Source: the human T2T-CHM13v2.0 reference genome, Homo sapiens
NCBI RefSeq assembly: GCF_009914755.1
Contig: NC_060931.1
Length of the DNA: 64,000 nt
Direction: 5' to 3' (one strand)
Numbering within the stretch: the stretch's first letter is position 1; the number at the start of each line of letters is the position of its first letter. The notes under the pieces are model-generated. The model did no database searches and had not been told where the DNA came from. It saw nothing but the letters and a program-made list of their open reading frames with translations. Positions 40,561-58,647 of this stretch are shown here, in pieces. The position numbers and the translations under genes were made by a program.

Positions 40561-43500
40561 AGGTGGTAGAACAAAGAACCAGTGTAAATTTTAAATGAGA
40601 AGAAAGAAATGGACAATTTGGTAGTGAGTAGTTTAAAGGTTTAAAGTGTGGACTTGTGAATTACTGGAAGAAAAATCCCAAGAGGGCCAGAATTTATTTT
40701 GAAGACACTCATATACTCTATTCTAATCAGACAACCATATTTTTTTTTACCAGACTCATTTAAATCAATATTAATTGTTGTTGATTTGGTTATTCATCAT
40801 TATAGATATTGTCTCTGGTAAGAAAAAGGTGTTATTTTATTCTGCCTTCATTCCTTTCTGGCAGTGTTTTGTAGTATTTCTTCATAGTTCCCGGCCTTAA
40901 AAAATGTCAGTTTGTGGGAGGATATACTTTTCCAAATATCAGATATCCTAAGTTTTTCATATATATCAAGACTGTGATCCAATTGGTAGAACCACTAAAC
41001 TAGAGAGCATGTTATTTTTCAAATCATCTGTATCTAAAAAGAAAACACTGTATTCTTCCTAATATTTTCTCCCTGAATACCAACATTTATTTAATCTCAC
41101 TCATGTAATCATACTCTTGGACTAGTTCTCCGAACTACCGTTATATTAACTATGTAAACTGTAACAGATACAATTATTAAATTACCTTTTGCATTAGAAT
41201 AGAGAACATCCCTTTCTACGATTTTCTTGATGTATAAATAATGGCCTGATAACTTCACAGACACACTAGTATATTCACAGATACTCTGGTCATTGCAAAG
41301 CCGGTTCCTCACCCCTGTAGCTAAATAATTTCTATACAAAGCACACTGAATGCTATTTAAATCACAAGTCTCTTCCAAGAAATTTCTTCTCTTCCTAGAA
41401 AATTATTTAGTAGGGGCAGTATATGGCAGCAGTAAAGGTTAATGTTAACAAACCCCTGTCCTTTACAGTTAAGTGCTAAAAGGCAGGTGTTCTCACATTT
41501 ATTATACTTCTATTGTGCTTTCCATCACTAATGTAACACTTATCTGAAAATCGATAATTTTGAAAGATTTCACAGCTGCAGTATTCTTTGTGCTTTATCA
41601 CTAAGAACAAACAAACCCTATTCATTCAGTGGGATGAACTTATTACTTTTCAATCCTTATTTAAGTAAACCTGGTCTATGGAATTCCGAAGTAAGATATT
41701 ACTGCTTTCCTACTTTCCTTCCTGCAGCGTTAATTCTCCTTTGGAAGACAGTCATCTTGCCTGCTGTATCCATCTCTTAGTCTAACTCTTGTTTGATATA
41801 AGATCAAAAGGCGTTCGTTTTCTGTATCAATTAGGCAGGCTGTCTTGTCTCAATGAGATTAAGTAGCCTCTGAAGAGAAGTGACACCAGGGAGGAGGTAG
41901 ATGAGCTGATAATTAACATACAATATGGCTGTCTTAATTCTTTCGAAATGATAGTTTGCCTAGTCTGATGTCTTTCTTTTATAATTGTGTCCGTGGCTCA
42001 TTTGTTCAGGGCAACCAAGCAGCACACACCAGACCTGATAATCAGTGGTTTGGGTTTCTAATAAAGCTGGAAGGACACATCAATTCCTTCCTAGGCTTGA
42101 CATTTTTTTTTCGTACTAGGGAAAGGCCCTAATATTTTCTTGTTTCTTAGATTTTTTAAGGACATTCATGAAGTACCAGAATATTTTATTCCAAATAAAT
42201 TATAAATGCAATACCCAGTATTAACTCCCAAGTTTCTTAAAGAAAATGTTATCAAAAGCAATTGTTGAGCCCCAGACAAAGCTATGTAAGCAGGGTATCA
42301 GTCCTTCTATAGGTAGACTCTACCTAGAAGCCTGAGTTTTTATAGCCTGAGTTTTCCGCAGTCATATTTAACCATGTTTCTTGAGATAAGACTTTAATTA
42401 TCTCATTACAGAAAGTGAAGCAGTGTTTTCAAAGGAGCAAACAAAACACTGGTATTTATTAACAACATTTTCTTTCAGTGTATTTCCTCTCACTTCACTT
42501 TCAGAGATTTTCTAGCCAGTTGCTTCTCTAAGAAAAGATTGTTAGGTACAAATTCCCTGAGTTTAGCTCCCTTGCCATCATCAGACTTCTAGGCTTAAAC
42601 CTATTTTTATCTACTTCCTATTATCCCAGAGGCAACATTTCTACCCCTTTCCAAGTCTCAGCCTTCAATCTGTGCCCACACATTCTGGCTTCCTCCGCCA
42701 TCCCCTGCTCTCGTGCTTTTTTTTCTGGCCGTATGTGTGCTCAAGACATTACAGAAGTTAAAACAAGTGATCCGAACAACCATTCTTTATCTAACCCAGC
42801 TTCTTTTCTTACTAGGTTAATGCCTTACATTTCTCCATCATCAAATTCTTAAGAAAGATATTTACATGACTTATTCTAATCATTAGTTCTATTCTCTTTG
42901 CAGTCCACCCCTGGCTGGTTTCTGCTTCCACCTGCTGATCTCACAGAGGTGAGGTGATAACAGTGATGAAACAAAATCTTCAAACCACAGCACAGTAAGA
43001 AGATGCCGAGTTTATATGTGGACACTGCTTTTGTGACTATGACTATTGTTGTGGGTTTCCTTGCTTTCCATCTCGCCAGTTCCCTTCTTGACATTGTACA
43101 GCTATTTCCTTTGTAATACAGAAACTCTCTTACAGAATATTTCCACAGCTGGCTTTCATCACTTCTTGATAGGTACCTAAATATTTCAGTTTTTTCCACT
43201 TTATTTTCCTTTAACAATAACTGCTGCCCAATTAAATAATTCATCTTTTCCCCTGTATAAGTATTTGTGGTACTGAATGAATGTTTATCAAGCACCATTT
43301 GGAATCTCCTATTTTCTCTGGCTTGGCTTTTTCACAGACTCTTGGTCTCAATTACACATGGCAGTTTGAATTAAGTGTATTTAACCATTTTAAAATTAAG
43401 AATGAGTTTAGAGTTTGTTTTAGAATTTTTTCTACCCCATAGAGATGATTGTGTGTAAATTAAAGACTAACTTTAAAATCCAAGAGTTTCTTTGTTGTAT

Positions 43501-43589
43501 AATAGTTAGATCGTGCACATTTATAAATAACATTCAGAAGCGTGACACAGAAAAGCAAACATTATGCTTTAAAATGTTCACAAATGATA

Positions 43590-43810
43590 ATAATAACAAT
43601 GTTTATTTTCTGCTTACTATGAGGTAGGTGCATAACTAAGTTCTTTATGGGCATTAATTTATTTACTCTTTTCATCAGCCCTAGAAGTTTGGAATTTTAT
43701 TATTCGTTCCAGAAAGGTTACAAAACTTGCCCTAGATAGCTCAAAACTGGTGAAGTTGGGATTCTCAAGTCTCACCCCTGCATCATATGCCATTCTGCCT
43801 CTCCAAGGAT
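43590..43810 (-). mobile_element. MIR SINE
   Basis: AATAACAATGTTTATTTTCTGCTTACTATG...GGTTACAAAACTTGCCC...GGGATTC. Confidence 0.55.
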
Positions 43811-44079
43811 GTCTACACATCAGTGAGTTTGATAAAACAAATACTAACATGGCTTCTTGATTCTAAGATACTATCAAGTGTAAGCTGTACCACCTATTTA
43901 ATATTATCTTTCCAGGATAAAGTGAATCACTACCAACAGTATGTGTGTGTGCGTATGTGTGTGTGTGTGTTATAGATATATCACACTATATTTAGTCTCT
44001 TGGTCTCAAATTATGATTTTTGGTATTGAGAACATGTATGTCTTAATTTTTTCATACAGATGGAAATTTTCAAATATTG

Positions 44080-44390
44080 AAATATATAAAATATTTAAGT
44101 ATATACTTACTATATTATATACATAATGCATATTATGTATGTGGGGCAGTATATACCCAACATGCATATTATATATATAATATAGTAAGTATATACTTAA
44201 ATATTTTATATATAACTAGAAACATAATATGCATTATGTATATAATATAGTAAGTATATACTTAAATATTTTATATTTATACATAATATGCATTATGTAT
44301 ATAATATATTATGTAATAATATGTAATTATATAATAATTATACTATGTAATAATATATGCTTAAGTGTATTATGTATTATACATAAATAT
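44080..44390. repeat. AT-rich palindromic / inverted repeat cluster
   Basis: Perfect 55-bp inverted arms 44084-44138 / 44222-44276 and 40-bp arms 44082-44121 / 44174-44213. Confidence 0.9.
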
Positions 44391-45816
44391 AGAAATTAGT
44401 ATCCCTTTCCTCTCATTTTACCCTCTATTTTAAGTCTTTATTCTACATAATGGTGAAAAAATTAATCTTGTTGATTTTAAGGGAGCTCAGTTTTTACAAT
44501 TTTATTTTAAAATCCTCAATCAGGATTGATTTCTGCGCACTTTTCCTTAAGTTACATCTGAGTTTCTGGAGGTTTGTGCTAAATTTACGCAATAACCAGG
44601 AAGGGGATATTTGCTCTTCATTTGTCCTTGATCTTCCACTGGCATCTGCTGAGAGAGAAATTCCATATGGTTTTTGGTTGTCTGCCTCTATCCCTTTGGC
44701 CTATGTTAGGAGACCACAACCTTACAGAATTCCTGGTTATGAAGACTATAAACTACCTCCTCCTTTTTCCAACCATCAGGATTCTGGGATCTGATGGCCT
44801 CCTTTCAGTCACATATACACCTCTCTTTGGGGTACAGTGGCTGTCAGTTGTTCTCTGGTATCACACTGCGGGTGCTCGAGGCTACTCCTAAACTCCACCT
44901 CACTTAGCCCCTGGAACTTCATTCTGGTTTGAACCCTGGGGAGAAGTGGAGTAAGGCTCCTTCCTAGCTCTCTTATCTGCCCGTGGTATAACAACCAAGA
45001 CCTCTCCTTATAGGGGCAGAAAAACTCACCCTTTTATTGTTAGATACTACTCTTATCTCTATGGTATAAACTTTATGGACCAAGTTCTTCAGGGTTTTGG
45101 CTTTTTATATTCAGTGCCAAACTTTTAGTGCTCAAAACACTTCTTTTTCAAAAAACTGGGCTATCTGAAATCAAAAGCTCATTGGCTTTCAAGACTAAGT
45201 CCTCTGTTGTAAATTTTTTAAAAGCCTATTGCCTTCTTTGTTTTTCCTCATGATAACTTGTGCCCTGCTTTCTCTGGGACAAATAAATGTTCCCCAGAGG
45301 CTGTGAATGCTATTTGCTCTGGAGGTAGTGATCACCAAGACAACAGCAAAAAACTTGGTTAATATCTCCATATGTAATTCCTCCACATATATTAAAATAT
45401 AAAAGTATATAACATATAAATATAATCATACAACATATATTAATATAAATAACTACAAAATTTATGATTTTATATATTATATATAATTTATGTGTAACAA
45501 GTATAGGTATATAATTTTTTCTGCCTTCTTATGTGAAGACAAGTGTTATCAGGAGAACCTGGACCGGGATAATGGCAATAAGAGTAGTGTTAAAAAAAAA
45601 AAAAGATACATACTAGAGATATGTCAAAGAAAGAGTGGTTGCAACTTAGCAATAATGTGAAGACATGGCACTGTCTACATTGGTGGGAATGTTTATATTA
45701 GAGAGACTAGACAGATTTTGGCAAACCACCTTACCTTTCTTTGCTATTACAGAAATGGCCTTGGAGGATAACGAACCTTAGAAACAGGTTTCAGAATTTT
45801 TCTATTCCTTAAAATC

Positions 45817-46207
45817 TGCTATGCTTTGAATGTTTGTCTCCTCTAAAACTCATGTTGAAATTTAACTGTTATTGTCACAGGCAATGATGAGACCATTTAA
45901 GAGGTTATTTGGCCAAAAGAACTTCGCCCTCATCAGTGGGATTGATGCCTTTATAAAAGAGAGGGTTTGGCCCCTTTTGCTTCTTTGTTCTTGAGCTCTT
46001 ATGCCATGTGAAGAACAGCATTCCTCACTCCTGAAGGATGCTGCATTCAAGGCACCAGCTTGGAAGCAGAGACTGGGCCCTCATACCAAACATGCTGGCA
46101 CCTTGATCTTGAACTGTCCAGCCTCCAGAACTGTGAGAAATAAATTTCTGCTCTTTATAAATTACCCAGTTTCAGGTATTCTGTGGTAGCAGCACAAAAC
46201 AAAGACA
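45817..46207 (+). mobile_element. MST-family (MSTB/C/D-like) MaLR solo LTR
   Basis: TGCTATGCTTTGAATGTTTGTC..AAAACTCATGTTGAAAT...CAGAACTGTGAGAAATAAATTTCTG...AATTACCCAGT. Confidence 0.85.
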
Positions 46208-46970
46208 CAGCCACATTATACTCAACAAGTATTTATTCAGCATGTATTACATGAAAATCTTTGAATAAAGTGTTTCAAAGAATTCAGAGATGATTAAAAC
46301 ACATGCTTGAGCCGAAAGTCATAGAGTAGGGACTAAGTATATATTGTACTTCAAAGAATATAAAGGACGCTTCATAAAGCCCAAAAGTGCTTGATCAGAG
46401 AAGCGTTTTGTAAATTACAGAGACTTAGAATTTAGGGATCTTATTAGTAATAATATAATTATATTGGACTTCGAAGACATCAGGGAGCCAGCAAGGAATA
46501 AGCTCCCAAATTACAAAATAACTAAAGTTAGAACTAAATATGCAATCAAATTAGAAAAAAATGAAAAGTTATGATGTCAAGTATGACATGGTAAAGAGCA
46601 GTGACATAGGCAAGCTTACATCCTGCTGCTGGTGGTGTCTTGCCATCATTCTGGAAAATCATTTTTTACTCATGAGTCAAAATCCTTAAACAAGTTTGAC
46701 CAAAGGAAATAATCTGCTAAATGTGCAGAAATGTATTTACAAAGGCTTTTATCACAACAAAATTAGGAAAAGTCCAGGTTAAATACCTTGTGTAGTATTA
46801 TAATGGACATTTTCCTACCTGAAATTGGCCAAATAAGTTTTCTCAGAATTGCCCCTTCACCCACCTCTTTCCACTTAATTGACTTGGGGCTGTTATATAA
46901 CTTTCTAGTAAAGTACAACTGATTGGTCTAATTGATGGCATTGTCCAGGAAATTTAGAAAATAGCAAGAG

Positions 46971-47387
<417 letters not shown>

Positions 47388-47869
47388 TTAGAGAAGCACA
47401 GGAAGCCATCTATACAAAGAGAGAAGAATAAAATAGGTACATAGTAGAGACAGTTCTGATAGCTTAATAACCTCTGCTTCTGGTTTGTTCCAGAGGTTCA
47501 AGTGTTTTTTTGCACTTGGTGTCCATGAGATATAACTGATCATTATAACAGTTTGAGTTGTAACCTGAAGAATATTCATTTATATAAACATGATATATGT
47601 CATCATGTATGCATATGTCTGTGTGGGCTTGTAAAATAGAGTATTTCCCAGACAAGGAGAGATCAGATATAAAAGAGTGCTCTGTCCATCTCATACTCAT
47701 TTGACTGAATATAAAAAGGCCCAGGGGAACTTTCTGGGGGAAAAAATACCATACCAAGTATTTGAGTCAGGAGGCTAACTTGCAAGGATTTCACTTGCAT
47801 GGGCCCATTAAAAGAACTTGACTTTGAAAAAAGAAAATCTGAAGATCTGAGGGGTTGAATAAGTAAAAC

Positions 47870-48420
47870 ATAAATATGGTTTAAAAAACAGAAAGATATA
47901 CGACAAAAGTTTCCCTACCATCCTTGTCCTCCTCTGATCAGTTCTGACACAGCTCCTTCCATTGGTAAATACTGTACTTAATATCTTATGCAAATTTTCA
48001 TAGTTTATTCAAACATATACAAGCAAAAACAAGTATTGATTCTTATTTTTCATTTGTTTACAAAGGTAGTATATTGCACATACTGTTCTGCACCTTGCTT
48101 TAAATATATGTTTATATATCTATATCTGTATAGATTATAGATTTATTATAGATCTAATAATTATTATATTATAGATTTATTATATATCTAAATATATATA
48201 TCTTCTTTTCCTATCAGTATAAAGAAAGATTCCTCATTTTTTTTACAGCTTCCCAATGTCCTATGTATAGGTACATCATTGTTTATTGAACTAGATCCTA
48301 TTGATAGACATTTAGTTGTTTCCAGTCTTTGGCTCTTACAAACAATGCTACAATAAATAACTTTGCACAAAAGTCATTTCTCACCTGTGCATGAATATCT
48401 GCACAATACATTTTTCCATA
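47870..48420 (-). mobile_element. L1ME-type 3' fragment
   Basis: CATACTGTTCTGCACCTTGCTTT...GATAGACATTTAGTTGTTTCCAGTCTTTGGCT...ACAAACAATGCTACAATAAATAAC. Confidence 0.7.
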
Positions 48421-50019
48421 AGTAATTCTGAGTCTTTAATGGCTTTTGTTTTTTGAAAGAATTCACCTGATTATCCTTTCTGTGGGAATGAACGCTGGTG
48501 GAAGAAAGGATGTGTTTCTAAAAAGCTAAAAAGCTATAACATATTAGGGCTGAAGCCACTCTGTTACAGGGACTCCTTAAGATAGTCCAACCCAGGAAGA
48601 AGAGACATGTTTTTGTCTACTTTTGCAGAAAGGATGAGTAGTGGTCTAAACATAGCCAAAGAGATGAAATTGGGGTGGAGATAGTGGTCTGATTGAAACA
48701 TGGCTGTGGCTCAAACTTGAGGCCGTGATTATGTTATGGGCTGCTGAGGTTTGAGCAGAACTTTGCAAAGATGAGTGACTCTAGCAGTACAAAGGGTAGC
48801 ACAAGGGTAACTTTTTTCCATGTTCTTACATTTTCTTACATTTTTTCACAGCTAATGAAAGCCATAGCACTGTGAAGCTTGGTGATATTTGAGTAATATA
48901 TACTTAGAAAATGTTGGGAAGAATAGAGCCATATTAATGGTGGTTTTCTCTAGGAGTACAAGGTAATAAGTGAATGTATCACTTTACCTATTTCTTGACA
49001 TTAATAAGTGCAACCTCTGTTGAGAATTGATGTATATCTCTCCTGATCTTTTCTCATATAAGTACATGTATTTACCAATATAAGTGATTTTTTCTTTTAT
49101 TGTCTAGATAGGATATTTCTACATATACATATGATTGTGAAATTATCTGTTTTTACATTATATATATTTTGGAGATCTTTCCAAGTTAGTATTTGCACTC
49201 ATGTTTAAAAAGGGAGCAGGGCCTTTGAAGTTAGGTGACTTTTACACCTTTTATCATGACTACTTTTTGTGGAGCTGAAATGATATTTTCATTCTGCTTT
49301 GGTGTTTCAGTGCTTTGTTCGAAGTTAAGTGTTTTCAGAAAAGTATATTTTGCTTTTTTTTTTTAACAGCCTAATTTTTGGCTATGGGGAAGTTTCTATT
49401 GTATAAAACTATAAAAGGTTTTTCTACTGACTCCAGGGTATTCTGATGATTGAAGCCTGTGTGTAAATTGCTACCAAATGGTAAAAAGCAACAATAAATA
49501 GTTTGATTTTTTAAAACTATGTAAAGTTGGATTCTAATGTTGAAAAAATGTGTGCATGTATATGTAATTTTCATTATGCTCTTAGGAAAAAAAACTACTA
49601 AGAAAGCCTTCAAAATGTTAAAGGTGTATATCTTTAGATTGGCTCTAAGTTTACAAATTTTTATATTTATATTTATACTTATTTTATTTTAAAAGTTTTC
49701 TGTAAGAAGAATTGCTTTTATAGTTAGAAAAATTCATAAAATGCAATGCAATTTGTACTACAATATAGTACCTACAGTCCTGTGACACAGGAGAAGACAG
49801 ACATAGGAAGAGTTTGAAGAGGTGGATTTTAGAGTTTTGGGAGGAGGGATCAATTAAGAAAACCTCTCTACCCCATGGACTTTGGCACCAGCTGAGAGAG
49901 GGGCAAATGAAGATCAACTGATCACTGTTACCAGGACAAATACTGCATACTATCACTTGTATGCGGAATCTAAAAGAGTCCAACTAGTGGAAGTAGAGAG
50001 TGGAATGGTGGTTACAAGG

Positions 50020-52610
<2,591 letters not shown>

Positions 52611-52912
52611 CGAGGGAAGAGGAGAAGAATGAGGAGTTGTTAATCAAAGGATACAAGTTTCAATTAGACAAGAAAAATAAATGTTGAGGTCTATTGTAGA
52701 GCAGGGTGACTATAGACAATAATAATATATTGTATATTTTCAAACAAATGGGAGAGTAAATTTCAAATGTCTTGCCACGAAAAATGGTTAAGTGAGGTGA
52801 TTAATATCTTAATTAGCTTGACTTAATCATTCCACTTTGTATACATGTATCAAAACATTACACTGTACTTTATAAATGTATACAACTGTGATTTGTCAAT
52901 TAAAACTAATAA

Positions 52913-53167
52913 TTTTTTTTTTCTAGTTGGAGTCTTGCTCTGTTGCCCAGGCTGGAGTGTAGTGGCGTGATCTCGGCTTACTGCAACCTCCAACTCTGAG
53001 GTTCAAGCAATTCTCCTGCCTCAGCCTCCTGAGTAGCTGGGACTACAGGTGTGCCTCACCATGCCCAGCTAATTTTTGTATTTTTAGCGGAGACGGGGTT
53101 TCACCATGTTGGCCAGGGTGGTCTTGTACTCCTGACCTCAAGCAGTCCACCCACCTCGGCCTCCCAA
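52913..53167 (-). mobile_element. AluS, 5'-truncated, inserted in L1MA tail
   Basis: GGAGTCTTGCTCTGTTGCCCAGGCTGG...CCTCGGCCTCCCAAA; TSD AAACT(A/G)ATAAT. Confidence 0.92.
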
Positions 53168-55916
53168 ACTGATAATGTTTTTAAAAGTAAAAAAATAAAG
53201 ATAAAAATGCATTACTCTAAATAACCTTCCTACTCCTAAACTAATCTGTGTTATATATTAGTAAAGATTAAAGCATATACCTTTACGTTTGTTAGCTAAG
53301 CTGGTTTGCAAACAAAACAAGACAGTTTTATAAGGGTGGTCTCCGATATATTTGCCACAAGTTGCCTTATAGCAAGCAGAGGCAAGGAAGAATGCATCTT
53401 CTCTGTAAGGAAGAGGCTGAGAAGCAAAGCTCTGCTCCTTCTCTCAAACTAATCAGAAAATTTATTCTTTCCCTGTGGAGGGCAAATAAAGTGCTACTTT
53501 AGTGATCCTTGTTCCACATGAAAACACATAGCCAGAAAAAAATGGAAGTGCCTCATCCCCAACACTGGGGAATGTTCAGTCGAGTCAAATACCATAGGAA
53601 GATAAACTAGGCAAAGTACCAAAATAATTTCTGGAGAATGGTGGAGAAGAAATCAGAAGTAAAGAATTCCCTGAAGTAGACAGTAGAGATAATCTCCATA
53701 GACTATGCTTTTAAGATGCATGCCAGTTAAAAAGCGTGAGAATAGGATGTAGGTTGAGAGAGTGCACAGAGAAAATAAGGTTCACTTTTTATTTTAATTT
53801 TATGTATTCATTTAAAAAACTTTTAGAATCAGAGAAACTTAAGCCTGTTTATAGCTTGAGGGGAGAGAGTGAAGAGGGAGAATTTTAACAGAAGAGAGAG
53901 AATAACTGGTATTATGGAGGTCTAGAGTTGGTTGGAGGCAAAATGAAGCATATTTTTTTCTGAAGCAGGAGGTTTCATCATCAGTTCAGCCAAAGAATTT
54001 AGGCATGGAGAATAACTGGGAGCTGACTACAGATAGTTGAACCATATTTGGTCAAGTATGAAGTCCCCAACAAATTTGTAATTAAATCGATCAATACAGT
54101 TATTTAATTTAATTTAACTATTATAGGAGCTTAGAAGCAAAGGAGATAAATATTTTATTACATTTGGTTTGGGGAATTGGCAAGGCAGAAATAGCTTATA
54201 AGATTAGGCAAACAACCCAAACAAATAAAATAAATAAAATTTAACAGATCGCGAATTTTTTTTTTCTGGAAAGAAACCTCTCCTAGAGAATAAAATTCAA
54301 AAGGAATTTTGGGAAGGATAAGGTTTAAGTTATAGTAAGCATGAAAAATAAAGGTTCACTTTGTTGACCAACTCTCTGGATTATGCTTTATTGTTATTAT
54401 CAAGTCAAGTTCTATTAAAATAAGTGCATTTGATAAAGTAACCTAATATGTCAAATATGTTATTAATAGAAAATCTTAAGTGATGATGTTAAGTGTCATA
54501 AATGATCTACTGAACTGAGAATGTACGCCTATAGCAGGACCTGATTTGAATTACATATATAGATGTGGACATGTTCAATGAGGCAAAGCAGATAAACATA
54601 CGTAAGCATTGGTTTTATCTAGTTACTATGATCGTTCAATCCTTTGCTCTCATGAACCTTCAAAACTGGCAAAAGAACAAAGTTAGAACTGAATAGTGCT
54701 GCTATTTTTAATCAGTCATGTGTTCCAAATACATTAATTGCATACCAGCTCTGTGAAATAAGTGTGCTTGGCTAAGAGACAGGACATTGTGTTTTAGAAA
54801 TAAAGAATTTCCCCAAATGTCCACATTTTATAAATGTAATTCATGTTAAGATTTTATTACAGATTAATCATAAATATGGTACTGACTACAATATGAAGTC
54901 AGGACATATAATACTTAATATCTGACCTTCTTCATATTGGATCCCATTTATGCTATAGGCTGTTTTCACTGGAGGATGCTTTATGTGTGTGGGAGGTACT
55001 TATCAAGTAACAGAGATTTAGGGTCAAGTTACCAATTTGTATAAAAGCATGGAGGGTATAATGTAGGAAAGATGGAGATCAGAAGCAGGTTGCCATGTTT
55101 AAGTCAGGACTTAGAAAACAAGGCAGACTTGTCAAGGTCAGAACATGTAGTAATCAGTAAACTAGGGGAAGGTAGGAGAAACATTGTAATGAAGGATAGA
55201 CAGATTTGTGAGAGGTTTTAAGTAGCTTAATAATTCTTCTATCTCTAACTGACCCCACCTATCAGTTGAACTCCCATTTGGTCAAACCATATTCCGTGAT
55301 TACACGTTGTAGTGCGTTCCATGAAAATAAGTCATCTATCATAAGTTAACAGGATGTTTCTGAACCACCATGTAAGTATATGTTTCTGGAATGATTATAC
55401 CTGTAGTGATGATCAATTCTGAAGAGCCCAAAGTCTCCCTTGGGATATCACTGTGAGCACCTGTATCCCTTGGTGGAAGAGCTGACTGGAATTAGCTGTT
55501 GGTCTGTATTCAAAGTCATGATACAGAACAAAACCAGTTAGGGGTCAGAGTGTTGACTTTGGCTTTAGTTGCACCCTTCTCTAACCTATTGAACTAATTT
55601 GCCATAGACAGAGTGGGATCAAAGTTATGCACATGTAACTTAAGGAAAGGGTATTTTCTGACTCTTCATCTTTAAAATCCAGCTTTGAAATATTTTTGGT
55701 CAAGTCAATCCAGACTTTTTAGTCAAGGCAATAAATAAATAAAGGCAGGTAAAGGACTATGAATGAAAATATATTTGTTTCTGAATACTGGTAATAAGTG
55801 ACAAGATTTCTTTGGTAAAATTCAAGTTTTACTCATTGTGATTAGACATTTATTCTTGTGAATATAAAGCTGTTTTATTTAATATCTTTCAAATTATCAC
55901 TTCCATTTTCTAAATT

Positions 55917-56103
55917 AAGGGTCAGTACACTTTCTCTATTAAGGGGGTATGTATTTTAATTTTTGTGGGTCATACTGTCTTTGTGGCAGCTCTTCAACTC
56001 TGCAGAGTGAAAGTAGCCACAGACAATATGTAAATGGTTGGATGTGCCTATGTTCCAGTAAAACTTTATTTACAAAACAGGTGACAGACTGGATTTGGCC
56101 CTG
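55917..56103 (+). mobile_element. MER58A-like hAT-Charlie DNA transposon
   Basis: GCCACAGACAATATGTAAAT...GTTCCAGTAAAACTTTATTTACAAAACAGG...GGATTTGGCCC. Confidence 0.8.
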
Positions 56104-56149
56104 CTTCCTGTTTATTATATTTAGGAAATTGAAAACATCAGTTTGCTTT

Positions 56150-56360
56150 AGATAATAATAATATTAGCTTGACAGCATTGATTGGACATTTACTCTATGC
56201 TAGGTACTGTTGTGAAATCTTTATTAATTCATTTAATCTTCCACTAACCCCAATTCTGTGTTTATAGGTTAAGAAACTTGTTTAAGATTCTGCAGCCTGC
56301 AAGCATTGAAGCAGGGATTTTGACCTTAGCAGTCTAACTCCAGAGTCTGAACTCTTAATG
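56150..56360 (-). mobile_element. MIR SINE
   Basis: ACATTTACTCTATGCTAGGTACTG...CAGGGATTTTGACC..GCAGTCTAACTCCAGAG. Confidence 0.6.
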
Positions 56361-57148
56361 ACGAAAAATAGATATCACCCAGGAGACACTCTACCCTTTT
56401 CCAGTGTCACTCTATTATTTTGCACTTGGGAAAGCCTGACAGGTGAACTTACCCCACAGTACCTGAGTTGTCTAACTGATGGCCATTTCTCCCACTTTGT
56501 GACTGGCTGGCCCTGATTCACTAGGCTGCAGCTTCCCCATGTGGATATCCACAGGAAGGAGGATGTGGGCCATGCCACATCCCTAGATACTGCTCTGGCT
56601 CTGCATGCCACATGCCACACCACACATGTGCATAGAGGTGAATCCAAATGATCAGGAACTCTTGGTGTGGTTAATGAGATTTCTGACTTAGTGGGGCAAC
56701 ATTTGAAAGTCTACCCTGCATGGATCTGTTCCCATGCCCAAAAGAAAAGCACACACACATGAAAGACAAACTTTGTATAGAGGAGGCATTGGTGGACACA
56801 CCCCTGTGTGTCCTTTCTAATTTTGGGGCTTCTCTCCTCTTTAAGGGGCCTCTTTCTTCAAAATGGCACAGTATGAATCCTCATACTGTGGGGATTCACC
56901 TTTTTGAGAGTTCTGCCCCCCAACCCACAGACTGTGGTCTGGAGCTTGGTTCTAGCTTCCTCCCCCACACTCCAGGCAATCTGTGGAATCCAGTAACCTG
57001 TAAGGACTCCATCAGTGAATTCTCCACCTTCTAACTACTGGTTGGGCTTAGCTGATGGAGAGCCCTGGAAGTGGATAAGAGGGAAGCAAAGAGGAAGAAG
57101 AGTGAGGTCAGGATGTGTATTCCCTGGATCCTTCTTTTCAAGATATCA

Positions 57149-57562
57149 GAGATAGTTAATTTTTATGTGTCAACATGGCTAGACAGTAGTCCCCAGTTAT
57201 TCAGTTAAACACAAATCTAGGTATTGCTGTGAAAGTATTTAGTAGTTGTGATTAAAGTCCATAACCAATTGACTGTAAGTAAGGGACAGAGATTATCTGA
57301 ATCTGGTGGGTCTGACTCAATTGGTTGAAAGGCCTTAAGAGATAACTGAAGCTTCCAAGAAGAAGAACTAATTCTGCCTGTGGACTGTTGCTTCACCCTG
57401 TGCCTGAGTGTTCTAGTCTGCCCTTTCTTTCAATGGCCTACCTTACAGATTTTGGACTTGCTATATCAGCCCCCACAATCACATAAGCCTATTATTTGCA
57501 ACAAATCTCGCAATATATAGCTCTTACTAGTTCTATTTCTCTGTTTGAGCCTTGACTGATAT
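57149..57562 (+). mobile_element. MLT2 (MLT2D-like) ERVL LTR, apparently nested in an older ERVL-type LTR (~56900-57800)
   Basis: GTTAATTTTTATGTGTCAAC...CTAGGTATTGCTGTGAA...GTTCTATTTCTCTG...TGACTGATATA. Confidence 0.75.
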
Positions 57563-58062
57563 AGTGGTCTTGAGCTGGCTGTGTCTTTTAACCAAAGGCC
57601 AAAGTTCCTCTGAAGTGGCTGACTCTACCTGACTCTTTATCCTTCCTTTTCCTGTAAATATTTCCAGCCTAAGGGTGATAACAGTTTAAGTTACTATCCC
57701 ATTATTAGTAGTTCTCTTACACCCCACATTTGTATATAATCTCTTTGTAAGTCAACTATCCTTGAATTATCCTATTTTGAGCATGCTCTTTCCTCTTGGG
57801 AGTCAATAGATATATCCACTAATTAAGCATACTTAAAATCTAAGGCAATCATCATATACATTAATTCATTTATTCAAAATACTGTTGGGTGCCTTTTATG
57901 AGCTTGCAAAGTGATAGGCTCAAGGGATATAATGGTTAATTTAAGAGCATAGTTCATGTATTCTTGAGCTTACTATTTGGTGGAAGAGGCAGACAATTAA
58001 ACAGTTATTGTTTTGTGGAGGAAATTTTATGATGAGGAAAGACAGCATGTGTGAGAAAAAGA

Positions 58063-58647
<585 letters not shown>

